A stretch of 64,000 nt of DNA, from the NCBI GenBank assembly GCA_963733195.1, contig CAVTCR010000007.1:37305-101304 (forward strand). The letters run 5' to 3'. Shown one piece after another: positions 1 to 10,009 of the stretch (its first letter is position 1; each line of letters begins with the position of its first letter). Source of the stretch: an uncultured delta proteobacterium (GTDB taxonomy: Bacteria; Desulfobacterota; Binatia; Bin18). The notes beneath the pieces are model-generated. The model saw only the letters and a list, made by a program, of their open reading frames with translations. It did no database searches and was not told where the DNA came from. Position numbers and translations under genes: made by a program.

Positions 1-13
1 TCCAGTTCAACAT
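1..13 (-). CDS. Start of a probable DUF1328/YtjA-type small membrane protein running off the window edge (MLNW...)
   Basis: ATG TTG AAC TGG on minus strand preceded by GAAAGGAGGG RBS; same context as the DUF1328 locus at 16080-16323. Confidence 0.5.
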
Positions 14-177
14 GTAATGACCCTCCTTTCTGTGTTTTTTTGCTATTCGTGTGGTGTTCCGGTGACTTGCTGATTGCGGACCGCATTGCTTCACCTGCGC
101 GTGCGGCCACCGACTGTGGTCTCGTAGGGAAAGGGTAAGGGTTCCGAGCCTGGCGAGACCTTTTTCTACTTGTTCCC

Positions 178-245
178 AATGTAAGACTGGTGGCGCGCGT
201 CGTCTGTGAGATTCCTGCTCCGAATGTTGGAATCCTGCGACAATC
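178..245 (-). promoter_or_regulatory. Repeated promoter/operator module, copy 1
   Basis: Minus strand GCAGGATTC-N11-GCAGGAATC, then CAGACG-N17-TACATT. Confidence 0.75.
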
Positions 246-393
246 ATAGAAGAGGAGAGAAGTATACCCTCACAGCGAGCCGTGCTCCGTCGTTAGCGGT
301 CCACCACTAAACCAAGATGCAGGAGATTGGCACAGTTGCCGCCTGGCGCTGAAGTACCAGGCTCAACAAACAAAGGGGACTGTCGTCCCCTGA

Positions 394-445
394 GAGCCCG
401 GTTCACCGGGCTTGGTAGTGTGAGCCCGACGCTTGAGCGTCGGGC
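394..445. repeat. REP-like paired hairpins
   Basis: agcccggttcaccgggct and gcccgacgcttgagcgtcgggc palindromes downstream of the AraC gene. Confidence 0.5.
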
Positions 446-787
446 GGAGGCTGCACAAGCAGTAACCGCAGTGTACGAATCTCTTGACGTTTGATTTAGA
501 CGGTGAGCTCAGGAACAGGACCACCACCGTACGCTATGGTGCGGCACCGCCGCGACGGTTTAGGGTCTACGGGACCGCTCCCGGCGGAACTCCGCGCGAT
601 CCTAAACCGAACCACACGAGATTCGTGCAGATGCTCACCTGTTCTCTCTGGTAGCGTGCGCCATGCGCACGAATGGCGGTGGCTGGGGGTCGCGCGCACA
701 GCGCGCGCTACGCGAAGTGTCCCCATGTTCTGTGGTTCGATTAGGACGCCCGTGCCAGAGGCACTGATGGCGGCGCGTCGTGAAGAA

Positions 788-1744
788 CTAACTTCTTGTG
801 CTGTCTCTGTAAGCTTTGGGAGTGAGCGCGACGTGCTTGCGAAAAAGGGCGGTGAAGTGGCTTTGGTCTGCACACCCGACCTGAGCACCGATCTCGATAA
901 GCGGCATGTCGGTCTCGGCCAGCAGCCGCTTGGCTTGCTCCATCCGACACGTAATCACGTATTGGTGGGGCGATAACCCGGTGGTGTGCCTAAACAGGCG
1001 GGCAAAATGGGCGGGGCTCGTCTGCCCCACAGCGGCGAGTGTAACCAGGGATAAGTCTTGTTCCAGATGTTCCTGGATGTAGGCGGTGGTACGCCGCAGC
1101 TTGTTCGGTGAGAGTCCGCCGGTCACCTCGCCTAGGGAGGGCCGAGAAGCGGCATAGCGTCTGAGGAAGTGAACCACTAAGGCATCGGCTAACGCCTTGG
1201 CATACAGCTGCCCCGCCACGCCTTCGCCTTCGAGTGCTACTTGCAGCACTAACGCGATGTGGTGGAGGAGGGGATCGTGGACGGCAAGGGAGGGGACAAT
1301 CGTGACGTGTTCCGCCTGAAGCGACTCATAGGAGGAATGCATTAGCAGCGCGGGGTGCACAGAAGAGATAGAGGACTCCGTCTTCTCAAGCCACGGAATC
1401 CACACCAGTTCGCCATTCGCTTCGGGAACTACTCCGTGGGCGATGGCCGCGAAGAGGACCAGATCAAGGGAAAAGGTCACACGTGCCGCCTCTTGTTCCC
1501 ATGCTATCCTCTGTGGGGGGACCAGAGGAACAAGGCGAATCTCGTCTGTCGTCAAGTAGGAACTGACTCGGCGTACTATTGCCGGTGGTTCCTTGGCCTG
1601 AAAGACAGACAGCCGAGCAGGTGCTGAGACAAGGACGGGCCCCACATCCTGAAACATGCTGCTTCTGCCGTCCCACTGGAGCGTGGTGCCTGCCGCCAGC
1701 GGCAGCGTGGCGCTCGCCACTACCACTCTGGCCTTTTCAGCCAT
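788..1744 (-). CDS. AraC family transcriptional regulator
   Basis: C-terminal double HTH (SPAHFARLFRHTTGLSPHQYV...IGAQVGCADQSHFTALFRKHV); CAGGAGG RBS before ATG at 1744. Confidence 0.95.
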   Translation of the reverse strand: MAEKARVVVASATLPLAAGTTLQWDGRSSMFQDVGPVLVSAPARLSVFQAKEPPAIVRRVSSYLTTDEIRLVPLVPPQRIAWEQEAARVTFSLDLVLFAAIAHGVVPEANGELVWIPWLEKTESSISSVHPALLMHSSYESLQAEHVTIVPSLAVHDPLLHHIALVLQVALEGEGVAGQLYAKALADALVVHFLRRYAASRPSLGEVTGGLSPNKLRRTTAYIQEHLEQDLSLVTLAAVGQTSPAHFARLFRHTTGLSPHQYVITCRMEQAKRLLAETDMPLIEIGAQVGCADQSHFTALFRKHVALTPKAYRDSTRS

Positions 1745-2130
1745 GACCGCCTCCTGCGAGAGAGTTCCGGATTGGTTACAGCGTGACATCAGCAGCTTAT
1801 GATATATAACTGAGTACGGTTTTACCCCTCACAAAATTCGCGAGTGAGAAGAGGGCAGAAGTATCGCGACAGAACTACCACGTCGCCTGCAGAGCCCACG
1901 ACTTGCCTGAGGGTGTTTTTACTACACTCACCATATCATATGTTATAGCAGTGTCTATAAGCATTAATCTCATTGGAAGCATGGCATTGTTGCATGGTCT
2001 ACGTAATACAAATGCCAGATGATCCTCGGCCACTACTTGATGCCTCGTTCATGCTTTGACGGGGCTTAGCAGGAGAGGAGGGGGGATCACGCTTTGAAGG
2101 GTAGGTTTTGCATCGAGTGAAAAACCGCGG

Positions 2131-2157
2131 CGTCATTCCCGCGAAAGCGGGAATCCA
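2131..2157. repeat. REP-like palindrome GTCATTCCCGCGAAAGCGGGAATCCA
   Basis: ATTCCCGC-GAAA-GCGGGAAT hairpin, a widespread extragenic palindrome type. Confidence 0.7.
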
Positions 2158-2437
2158 GGAAAAGGCCGACTGGCGGTGAGAACCCGCCTGGATGCCCGCT
2201 CCCAGTAGGAACCTGGGACAAGCTACGCGGGCATGACGGGCTAGTGTATCTGGGCGGGTAATAAACCCGCGACAACTGCAGGTTTGGAGGAAAAAACATA
2301 CCCTTATGGGTGCACGGGGGTTCTCGCCATTGCCGCTCGCGTTCCGCCGGCGGCGTTGAGTATCTTCAAAATGAAGGTGCGACATCAAATCTCGCAGCTT
2401 GCTCTCTACGTTCCCGTTCAGCGCGGCTGTTTGCCCC

Positions 2438-2941
2438 TCAGTCGTGGAGGTGTGCTTCTAAGATCCAGAGTTGCTTATCGACCCCGCGCGAGATGTCGGT
2501 ATAGACCGCCGCACTGCCCGCGTCCTCGACATCGGCGGCGAGCGCAATAGCGCTCCGCATCACCGTAGCGTAGTGCGCGAAGCGCTCCACCAGTGCCAGC
2601 ACATGAGTGTTGCCCTCTACGAGGGCGCTGGGATACTCAGGCACCCTCGACTGCAGGGCCGCTGTACGGGCCGTTCCCATCACCACTCCCCCCAGCACGG
2701 CGATGCGTTCGGCCACCAGGTCGGAGTAGACTTCGAGTTCGGTCGCCATGGTGGCGAAGAGGGTATGCAACGGAGCAAAGTCTTTACCCTTGACATTCCA
2801 GCAGGCTTGTTTGACTTGGGAGCGCAGATCCACGGTGCAGGCCAGGGTCTGATTCAGCAGCGTAATCACGTCCAGGCGGATTTCCGGGGGCATATCGATC
2901 CGCGTGGGATGGAGGGCGGGGGCATGGTTGCTGTTGTTCAT
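2438..2941 (-). CDS. dps: DNA starvation/stationary phase protection protein Dps
   Basis: LRSQVKQACWNVKGKDFAPLHTLF...DLVAERIAVLGG...RGVDKQLWILEAHL ferritin-like Dps motifs (His of the usual HWNV motif reads Cys). Confidence 0.92.
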   Translation of the reverse strand: MNNSNHAPALHPTRIDMPPEIRLDVITLLNQTLACTVDLRSQVKQACWNVKGKDFAPLHTLFATMATELEVYSDLVAERIAVLGGVVMGTARTAALQSRVPEYPSALVEGNTHVLALVERFAHYATVMRSAIALAADVEDAGSAAVYTDISRGVDKQLWILEAHLHD

Positions 2942-3035
2942 ATACTTTCCTTTCGGCTCTCCGCATCGTCTTGTCTGCATGTGCGGACGCTGGCGAGGGT
3001 CCCGAGCCAGGCGAGGCCCCTGTCTGTTTGTTCAC

Positions 3036-3104
3036 AATGTAACGCCGGCCTTCCGCGCCGTCTGTGAGATTTCTGCTACAAATGTTGGAATCATGCGACA
3101 ATCG
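3036..3104 (-). promoter_or_regulatory. Repeated promoter/operator module, copy 2 (upstream of dps)
   Basis: GCATGATTC-N11-GCAGAAATC, CAGACG-N17-TACATT. Confidence 0.75.
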
Positions 3105-3140
3105 TACAGCTAAGTACAAGCCACAGGGATTCTAATGGAG

Positions 3141-3228
3141 TGTCATTCAGAGGAGCAACGCGAAGAATCTTCTTGGAGGGGCAGAGGGGGAGATTCTTTG
3201 CCTTCGCTTTGCTGCGGCTCAGAATGGC
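3141..3228. repeat. REP-like imperfect palindrome (GTCATTC...GAAGAATCT...AGATTCTT...CAGAATG family)
   Basis: Inverted arms; related to elements at 9097-9182 and 12140-12250. Confidence 0.6.
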
Positions 3229-3310
3229 TGTACCCCTCAGCTTCTCTGTGACTGTGCTTAGATCCTCAGCTCTAGAGAAGGTCAAGGATCTCGAGGTTTT
3301 TGAGAGTTGC

Positions 3311-4936
3311 TCAAGCAGAGGGAGTGTTGCCGCCACTTGGTACCCATACACGAAACGTCGAGCCGTGCCCAATCGTACTCTGCACCTCTATCGTCCCGCC
3401 CAACATCTCCAGGAGTCGCCTCACAATATGCAGCCCCAGCCCAATACCTCCATAGCGGCGCGTCGTGGAGCGCTCGACTTGAAGAAAGGGCTCGAAAATA
3501 TTTCGTACCTCCGCTGGGGGAATGCCAATCCCCGTGTCACTGACGCTAATCGTTATCCCTCCTTGCTGGCCGTGTGCCTCCACCACGATGCTGCCCTGCT
3601 CAGTGAACTTGACCGCGTTGCCGATGAGGTTCTTGATGACCATCTTCAACTTTCCCGGGTCCGTGTGTAATGACGGCAGCTTGTCGGTGACGTTCCATAC
3701 AAAGGCGAGCGGTGACTGCTCCCATACCCCCTGGGTCTCCGCCTTAATCTCCTCTAGCAATGCAGGCACCTGGATCTCTTTCATTTCTAGCGGGAGCCGG
3801 CCCGCCTCCATGCGGCTTAAATCGAGGATAGCCGTGATGAGATCAAGTAATTCAAACGCATTCCGCCGAATCATCCGCAAGGCACTGACCTCCTGCTCCA
3901 TGAGCGGGCCAAAGGTGCCCTCGCTCAGAATGTCCGTGTAGCCGATCACGACACTGAGCGGCGTGCGCAGTTCATGACTCATGGTGGCGAGGAACTCGCT
4001 CTTGGTCCGGCTTGCCGCCTCGGCTGCCTCTTTCGCGGCGCGTAATTCTTGCTCTGCCTCATAGCGCGGAGTGATGTCGCGGAAGACCATCACCACGCCA
4101 TGCAGTGTACCATCGCTGCTGCGAATCGGTGCCCCGCTATCGGCCACCGGGATTTCGCGGCCGTCGCGGGTTTTTAACATCGTCCGAGTGGCCATCCCAA
4201 CAATCGTTCCCTCCCGTAGCACCCGGTTGACCGGGTTTTCCACCAGTTGTCGGGTGTCCTGATTGATCAACACCAAGACCTCATTAATCTCGCGGCCGCG
4301 TGCGTCCTGGGTTGTCCAGCCCGTGAGCCGTTCAGCCTCGGGGTTCAGAAACGTGATAGCGGCGCTGGTGTCTGTAGCAAGCACCGCATCGCCGATACTG
4401 GACAGGGTGACATCGAGCCAATCATGGTCTTGCCGTAACAGCCGCTCTGCCCGCATGCGCTCGGTAATATCCTCCATTGCCAGGAGGATCAGCGGCGCTC
4501 CAGCACCGTCCCGGTCAATACGGCGCGCGTTGAGCAACATAGTCTTCTTCCCGATGGTGGGGAACTCAGGGGTCACGTTGAAATCCTGGATTGCGGTACC
4601 TGTGGGTAGTACATCCTTAAGAAGGTGTCTCAGCGCGGGAATATCCCACTGGCGGTTGCCCAAGTCGTAGAGGAGTTGGTGCTCCGTTTCCTTCGGTGTT
4701 ACCTGGAATGTTTGGTAGAAAGCTCGATTCGCCGAGATAATACGAAAGTCCCCGTCGAGAACTATCAGCGGCTCGCGGACTGCCGCCATAATACTTTCAG
4801 CATCGAGCCGGGCCGCGTGCAGCGTCACTTCCGTTCGCTCAGGTGCGGTGTCCGAGTCTTGGAGTTCCACAACTTGTTGGCGCAGGAGAGCTAATTCTTT
4901 GAGCAGTTGGTGCTTCGGCTTGTTGTTATCGTCCAT
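3311..4936 (-). CDS. PAS-PAS sensor histidine kinase
   Basis: Two PAS/PAC domains; H-box FLATMSHELRTPL; N, G1, F, G2 boxes (NLIGNAVKFT, DTGIGI, GGIGLGL). Confidence 0.95.
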   Translation of the reverse strand: MDDNNKPKHQLLKELALLRQQVVELQDSDTAPERTEVTLHAARLDAESIMAAVREPLIVLDGDFRIISANRAFYQTFQVTPKETEHQLLYDLGNRQWDIPALRHLLKDVLPTGTAIQDFNVTPEFPTIGKKTMLLNARRIDRDGAGAPLILLAMEDITERMRAERLLRQDHDWLDVTLSSIGDAVLATDTSAAITFLNPEAERLTGWTTQDARGREINEVLVLINQDTRQLVENPVNRVLREGTIVGMATRTMLKTRDGREIPVADSGAPIRSSDGTLHGVVMVFRDITPRYEAEQELRAAKEAAEAASRTKSEFLATMSHELRTPLSVVIGYTDILSEGTFGPLMEQEVSALRMIRRNAFELLDLITAILDLSRMEAGRLPLEMKEIQVPALLEEIKAETQGVWEQSPLAFVWNVTDKLPSLHTDPGKLKMVIKNLIGNAVKFTEQGSIVVEAHGQQGGITISVSDTGIGIPPAEVRNIFEPFLQVERSTTRRYGGIGLGLHIVRRLLEMLGGTIEVQSTIGHGSTFRVWVPSGGNTPSA

Positions 4937-5200
4937 CGCGATTTCCACCTGCCCCAGGCGACAGGATACAGATAGATTCCTTATGTGAGATTATAAAAAT
5001 AACTCTTTGTTAGTAATAATGTCCTGTGAAGTTGCTCGCTTTCCCTGTCGACGGCTGAGGAAGCGCCTGGGCGTTGTTGTTGGAATGGGACAGCTATCGC
5101 AGGTGACATCGTTAAGAGTTCTCTCCCTTCCTTCTACCCAATACCCCGATTAACGAGACTCATATTGTTATCGCTTGACCAGTGCGGAACAGCAGTATTC

Positions 5201-5362
5201 CTACGGACGCTGTTGCACAGGAAAGCGAACTGGAAGCAGGAGACTATGACAGCGCTGCATCCATACTTCCTCGTGATGCCAGGCCACAGCCAGAAAGATC
5301 CCCAAAAGTGGGCCATAGATAGTCATAAGCCCCAGGCCAAACAGGAAAAGCGCGCGCGTCAT
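5201..5362 (-). CDS. Small (53 aa) predicted membrane protein MTRALFLFGLGLMTIYGPLLGIFLAVAW...
   Basis: GAGGAGG RBS, hydrophobic N-terminus, downstream of promoter module copy 3; below the ORF-track cutoff. Confidence 0.55.
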   Translation of the reverse strand: MTRALFLFGLGLMTIYGPLLGIFLAVAWHHEEVWMQRCHSLLLPVRFPVQQRP

Positions 5363-5577
5363 GGTTTACCTCCTCAGCGAGCAGCAGTAAAAAGAAAAAT
5401 ATAGGCCGTCGCCAATATGCCGACCGAGACCAAGACATCAAATAGTTCCAGACTGCCACATCCTTTCTGGTGTGATTTTCACCCTTTACCTTTGCGGCTC
5501 TCCGCATCGTATTAATGTCACGAGCGGCCGCCGGCGAGGGTCCCCCAGACAGGCGAGACCCTTTTCTACTTATTCAC

Positions 5578-5646
5578 AATGTAACGCTGATGCCCCACAT
5601 CGTCTGTGAGATTCGTGCTACAAATGTTGGAATCCTGCGACAATCG
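5578..5646 (-). promoter_or_regulatory. Repeated promoter/operator module, copy 3
   Basis: GCAGGATTC-N11-GCACGAATC, CAGACG-N17-TACATT. Confidence 0.75.
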
Positions 5647-6052
5647 TGCCGGGGGACGTTTGGCGGACAGCGGACAGTTACCGGAGGGATACCTGGTGTC
5701 CGCTGGCACAGCGTGCCAGCGGACACTGTCGGCGAGCGCACCGACAAGAATTAACTACGCGATTTGTCTCGATAGGGGGTGAAGGTCTGGGCGCCGTGAA
5801 CCCGAAAAGAGCGCACTGTAAGTGACTATGCGTCCGTGTAGAGACTGTTTGTCAATGTGCCGCGAGCTCGATGATTGTACGTTGATCACTACATGTGAAT
5901 CATTGTCATACTCTTGTTGCGTGCCTCCAGACGGCCCGGGGACTGCGAAGCGCTTGGGACGCTCCCGAATTTCTTTGACAACGTCCACTTCATGCTTAGA
6001 TTCTATGGTACACACAGACTCAGCACGACTGAGCAAAAGGAAGTAACCAGAA

Positions 6053-6541
6053 ATGATGAACAGATTATCTACTTGGCCTATCCCCTTCCGCATTCTCAAC
6101 ACCTCCCATGATCTAGATGAGATCTTTAGCCGCTTCCTGGGCGACTGGGAACAGGGCAGAATACCGAGGCGTTCGGTGCCCACGGAGTATGTCCCGCAGG
6201 TCGCAAGTTACGTAGATGGGAACAGCATCTGCATCAGAGCGGACCTTCCTGGGGTCGATCCTAAAGAGGTCGAACTCACAGTGAAGGAAAACCAGCTCAC
6301 CATCAAGGGCGAGCGCAAAGCAGAGCAGGAGCAGCAGAACGGGAACCGCATCTCTCAGGAGGTGCAGTATGGATCTTTCGCCCGTACCTTCACGCTGCCG
6401 GAGGGAGTGACGGCAGAGGAGCTGCAAGCGCGCTATCACAACGGGGTCCTAGAGGTGACGATACCGTTGCCAGCGGCGAAGCTGCCGAAGAAAGTACCAG
6501 TACAAATCAAGAGCGAGGAGCACCAGGCAATCGCGTCCTAA
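6053..6541 (+). CDS. Hsp20/alpha-crystallin small heat shock protein
   Basis: ADLPGVDPKEVEL...YGSFARTFTLPEGV...ARYHNGVLEVTIP. Confidence 0.95.
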   Translation: MMNRLSTWPIPFRILNTSHDLDEIFSRFLGDWEQGRIPRRSVPTEYVPQVASYVDGNSICIRADLPGVDPKEVELTVKENQLTIKGERKAEQEQQNGNRISQEVQYGSFARTFTLPEGVTAEELQARYHNGVLEVTIPLPAAKLPKKVPVQIKSEEHQAIAS

Positions 6542-6773
6542 CCGCGACCTCTTGTTGATTAAGGCCAGGAGCCAAGGACTTTCCCTTAGCTCCTAGTTTT
6601 TTCGACGCTGAGGCAAAAAGTCACTTCTGAGGCCATCCCAGAAGATTGGGCAGTGTAATATCAATGACTTCTAGTACGCGAAAAGGGTGATTAAACAGAT
6701 TACCCGCTTGCCCTTTGAGGATGTGACTGTCATGCTCATCTTGATGGCTTGCGCCATCGATATGGAGGCAGCA

Positions 6774-6914
6774 ATGGGAGACAAGTCACTCAAGTCGAAA
6801 CAGCGCGATCAGAAGCAGAAGGACGCCGCCAAGGCAGGGAGCGCAGCCACGGCAAAGTCCAAGCAAGACAGCTTCACCCGTCCCCCGCAGCCCGTGGCGA
6901 AGGGCAAAAAATAA
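6774..6914 (+). CDS. Small Lys-rich hypothetical protein (MGDKSLKSKQRDQKQK...)
   Basis: GGAGG RBS, 46-aa basic ORF. Confidence 0.6.
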   Translation: MGDKSLKSKQRDQKQKDAAKAGSAATAKSKQDSFTRPPQPVAKGKK

Positions 6915-6994
6915 CTCGCCGGGATAGGCGCTTGCAAAGCGACAAAGAATGAGCGCGCGAGTTCCTCGGTTACCTGCATTAGGTCCTTTGTGTC

Positions 6995-8654
6995 TTACGT
7001 CCGGGAGAAAGACTGGCAAGCGTTTGCATTCTTGATGGCATACTTTACGTCCGGCACTAATGCAGCGGGAACGCTGAACGACCTGAGCCCTGCTCTCAAC
7101 AAACTGGGGATAACATCAATCCGGCCCGCAAGCTCCCCACATAGAGAAACAGGCGTGTCACCGGATTCCCTGATCACTAATTCGATGAGCCGTAGGATAC
7201 TCGGATGGTCGTCGATGAAATACGCCATCACCAGGGGATTCTCTCGACCGGCGGCCATGGTGTATTGGGTGAGATCATTCGAGCCGATGCTGAAAAAGTC
7301 CACGTACTTCTTCAGAGACGGGACTGACAAGGCCGCTGCTGGCGTCTCGATCATCGCACCAAGCCGTGGCAACTTGCGGATGCCCATGTCATCGGCCAAT
7401 TGATGGAACCGCTGCGCGACCTGAATCACATCGCTCTCCGTCGTCACCATCGGGATCAGAACTCCAATAGAGAAATGCTGGGATACTTCCAGCACAGCCC
7501 GCAACTGCGCCTCCAACAGCTCGGGATACTCAAGCAGCACACGCACGCCACGCCGTCCCAGAAAGGGATCGGGCTCTGGTGGTAGAGTGAAGGTAGATCG
7601 GATTCTTGTCGGCGCCAATGTCGAGAAGACGCACGTCAACATATCTGCCTTGTGCCAAGTGAAGACTGTCAAAAAGAAATTCCGCGAATTCTCTGTCTGA
7701 GGGAAAGTGCTTGGTTGAGAGGAAGAAAGGCTCTGTGCGAAACAACCCGATCCCATCAGCACCGCAGTGCATTGCTAGCTCCACATCTTCACGACTGCGG
7801 ACATTGGCCATAACCGCGATCTCAATTCCATCCAAAGTAACCGCGTGCGCACTACGACTCACGTGCGCCATCGTCTCCCTGCGCTTTTGCTCTTTGGTCA
7901 AGATCTCTTTCGAACCGTTGCCGGGCGTGAGCGGTTGGGGTTGATCACCGCCGTTCCCTGGTCCCCGTTCACCAGCACGACGTCTCCCGTGTGGACAGTT
8001 TCTAAGAGTTCAGCAATTCCCCCCACACAGGGAATCCCAAGCTCGCGAGCCAGCAGCGCCGCATGCGCTGCGGGGCCAGCAAATTCTGCCAGGACAGCGA
8101 CCGTGGACAAGCGCGAGAGAAACACCGTATCCGAAGGGAGCAAGTGACGGGCGACGAGCACGGTATTCGCAGGCAGGTCTTCGAGGCTATGAGCGTAAAT
8201 TCCGGCCAACGACAGCAATAACCTACGGGATAAATCGTCTATATCATCACCGCGCTCCCGAAACATTTGCATTACTCATGTCTCTGAATCTGCGCGCCAA
8301 CAGTCTGAATACTGTTCTCACGACCTGCTCAGCATTGATTCTCTCCACTTCCAAGGTTCGTTTGAGTTCCTCCACCACAGAGGGGTCAAGCAGGATCTCC
8401 TCTTGAGCGCGGAAGATATCCGCCAATTTTTTACCTACCCTCTCCTCAATCCGCTGCGCATCGAGAGTCAGGCTCTGCCGTACATCGTCGATTGCATCCT
8501 CAATTCGGACCTTCTCTTTCTCGATTTGGGCGTGGTCTATTACATAGAGTTCGGAGTCTCGTTGAAGTATGTCTCTGTAGACAAAAGCCTTCCCCTGAGC
8601 CAGTCCCGGTGAGACACCTTTCCCCACCAATGTGACCATTGTCTCTTTTCTCAA
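6995..8654 (-). CDS. ptsI: Phosphoenolpyruvate-protein phosphotransferase (PTS enzyme I), split by frameshifts
   Basis: GKGVSPGLAQG, AAHAALLARELGIPCV, GADGIGLFRTE, GAMIETPAAA, FFSIGSNDLTQYTMA, SLCGELAG motifs across four consecutive ORFs. Confidence 0.88.
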
Positions 8655-8840
8655 CGCTGTCTTCCTCCATTATAGCCCCTTGGCAATCTACTTGGCCATG
8701 ATAAACGATTTTGCCTGTAGGGTATCATACTCAGGTCGAAGGTATGAGTATAATAGAGGAAGGAGTGAATACGTAAGTCGGCGGTCCTTGCAGCACGGCA
8801 TATCCTTGAAAATACTGTTCACTCTTCTCTGGAGGATAGG

Positions 8841-9047
8841 ATGAACGAAGATACCTTCAATATGGAAGTGCGGAAATTCCTCAAAAAGGTCGGCGTCACA
8901 TCCCAGCGAGAAATCGAGAACGCGGTCAAAGAGGCGGTAAAGGGCGGGCACCTGGCTGGGAACGAGAAACTCAAGGCGCGCGTGACGCTCGAAGTCACAG
9001 ACGTACATCTGGAACTGGTGATTGAAGATGATATTGCCTTGTCCTAA
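8841..9047 (+). CDS. Small conserved hypothetical protein (DUF6494-like)
   Basis: MNEDTFNMEVRKFLKKVGVTSQREIE signature; GGAGG RBS. Confidence 0.8.
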   Translation: MNEDTFNMEVRKFLKKVGVTSQREIENAVKEAVKGGHLAGNEKLKARVTLEVTDVHLELVIEDDIALS

Positions 9048-9049
9048 AT

Positions 9050-9212
9050 AGAACCATACGACATTCGTACACTCGACAACGTGACCACTCATTCTTGTCA
9101 TTCTGAGCCCTTCGACTACGCTCAGGATAAACTCCGCGAAGAAATCTCTCTGAGAGACCTTTCACTTCGTTCAGGGTGACAAATCTCGTGTCTCAATCTT
9201 TTGTGGCCTAAT
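9050..9212. repeat. MITE/REP-like element copy A
   Basis: gacattcgtacact...TGTCATTCTGAG...CACTTCGTTCAGGGTGACAA; similar to 12090-12280. Confidence 0.65.
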
Positions 9213-9962
9213 TTAGCGTTCATGTAGAAAAGCGGAGAGCAGGTCGATCGGCAGCGGAAATAGCGTAGTCGAGTTATTCTCCGTCGCGACTTCGGCGAGG
9301 GTCTGGAGGTAGCGCAACTGGAGCGCGACCGGGTGCGGCTCAATAATCCGCGCGGCGTCGACTAAGCGCTGCGCCGCCTGAAATTCGCCCTCCGCGTTGA
9401 TTACCTTAGCTCGTCGTTTGCGTTCGGCTTCGGCTTGTTTGGCAATCGCTCGCTGCATATCCTGCGGCAGGTCGATTTGTTTGACCTCCACCACTGACAC
9501 TTTGATGCCCCATGGTTCGGTCTGCGTGTCGAGGATTTCCTGTATACGCGCGTTAATTTTTTCCCGTTCTGCCAGTAGTGCATCTAACTCGACCTGTCCA
9601 CATACGCTGCGTAGCGTAGTCTGCGCGAGCTGGGATGTCGCAAAAAGATAGTTTTCGATCTCCACTATAGCTTTATTGGGATCAACAACGCGAAAATACA
9701 AGACCGCACTAACCTTCAGTGATACATTGTCACGCGTAATCACATCTTGGATGGGAACCTCCAACGTAATCGTCCGCAAGGCTATCCTGACCATCTGTTC
9801 CACCAACGGGATCACGTAAATGATGCCCGGCCCACGGCAAGGAACCAAGCGGCCGAGCCGGAAGATGACCGCCCGTTCATACTCGCGCAGAATCTTGAGA
9901 CCACTCACAAGCACCACTACCCCAAGCAGCACCAAAGGGATAACCGCGCCAAAACTACCCAT
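9213..9962 (-). CDS. SPFH/slipin (stomatin-like) membrane protein
   Basis: [63 protein letters not shown]. Confidence 0.95.
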   Translation of the reverse strand: MGSFGAVIPLVLLGVVVLVSGLKILREYERAVIFRLGRLVPCRGPGIIYVIPLVEQMVRIALRTITLEVPIQDVITRDNVSLKVSAVLYFRVVDPNKAIVEIENYLFATSQLAQTTLRSVCGQVELDALLAEREKINARIQEILDTQTEPWGIKVSVVEVKQIDLPQDMQRAIAKQAEAERKRRAKVINAEGEFQAAQRLVDAARIIEPHPVALQLRYLQTLAEVATENNSTTLFPLPIDLLSAFLHER

Positions 9963-10009
9963 GATTAGTCCTCTGTAAGTAGAAGCAAAAACTGTTAGGA
10001 GGGGAATCG

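Larger units (their letters stand above)
1..245. repeat. Direct repeat copy 1 (~245 bp; promoter + leader + start of a DUF1328-like gene); copy 2 at 16311-16554
   Basis: Near-identical to 16311-16554 from tccagttcaacatgtaatg to aatcctgcgacaatc; may extend beyond the left window edge. Confidence 0.95.

Noticed and set aside
496-976. ORFs 496-888 (-) and 503-976 (+)
   Set aside because: Overlap the AraC 3' end, no RBS or recognisable motif; likely spurious.
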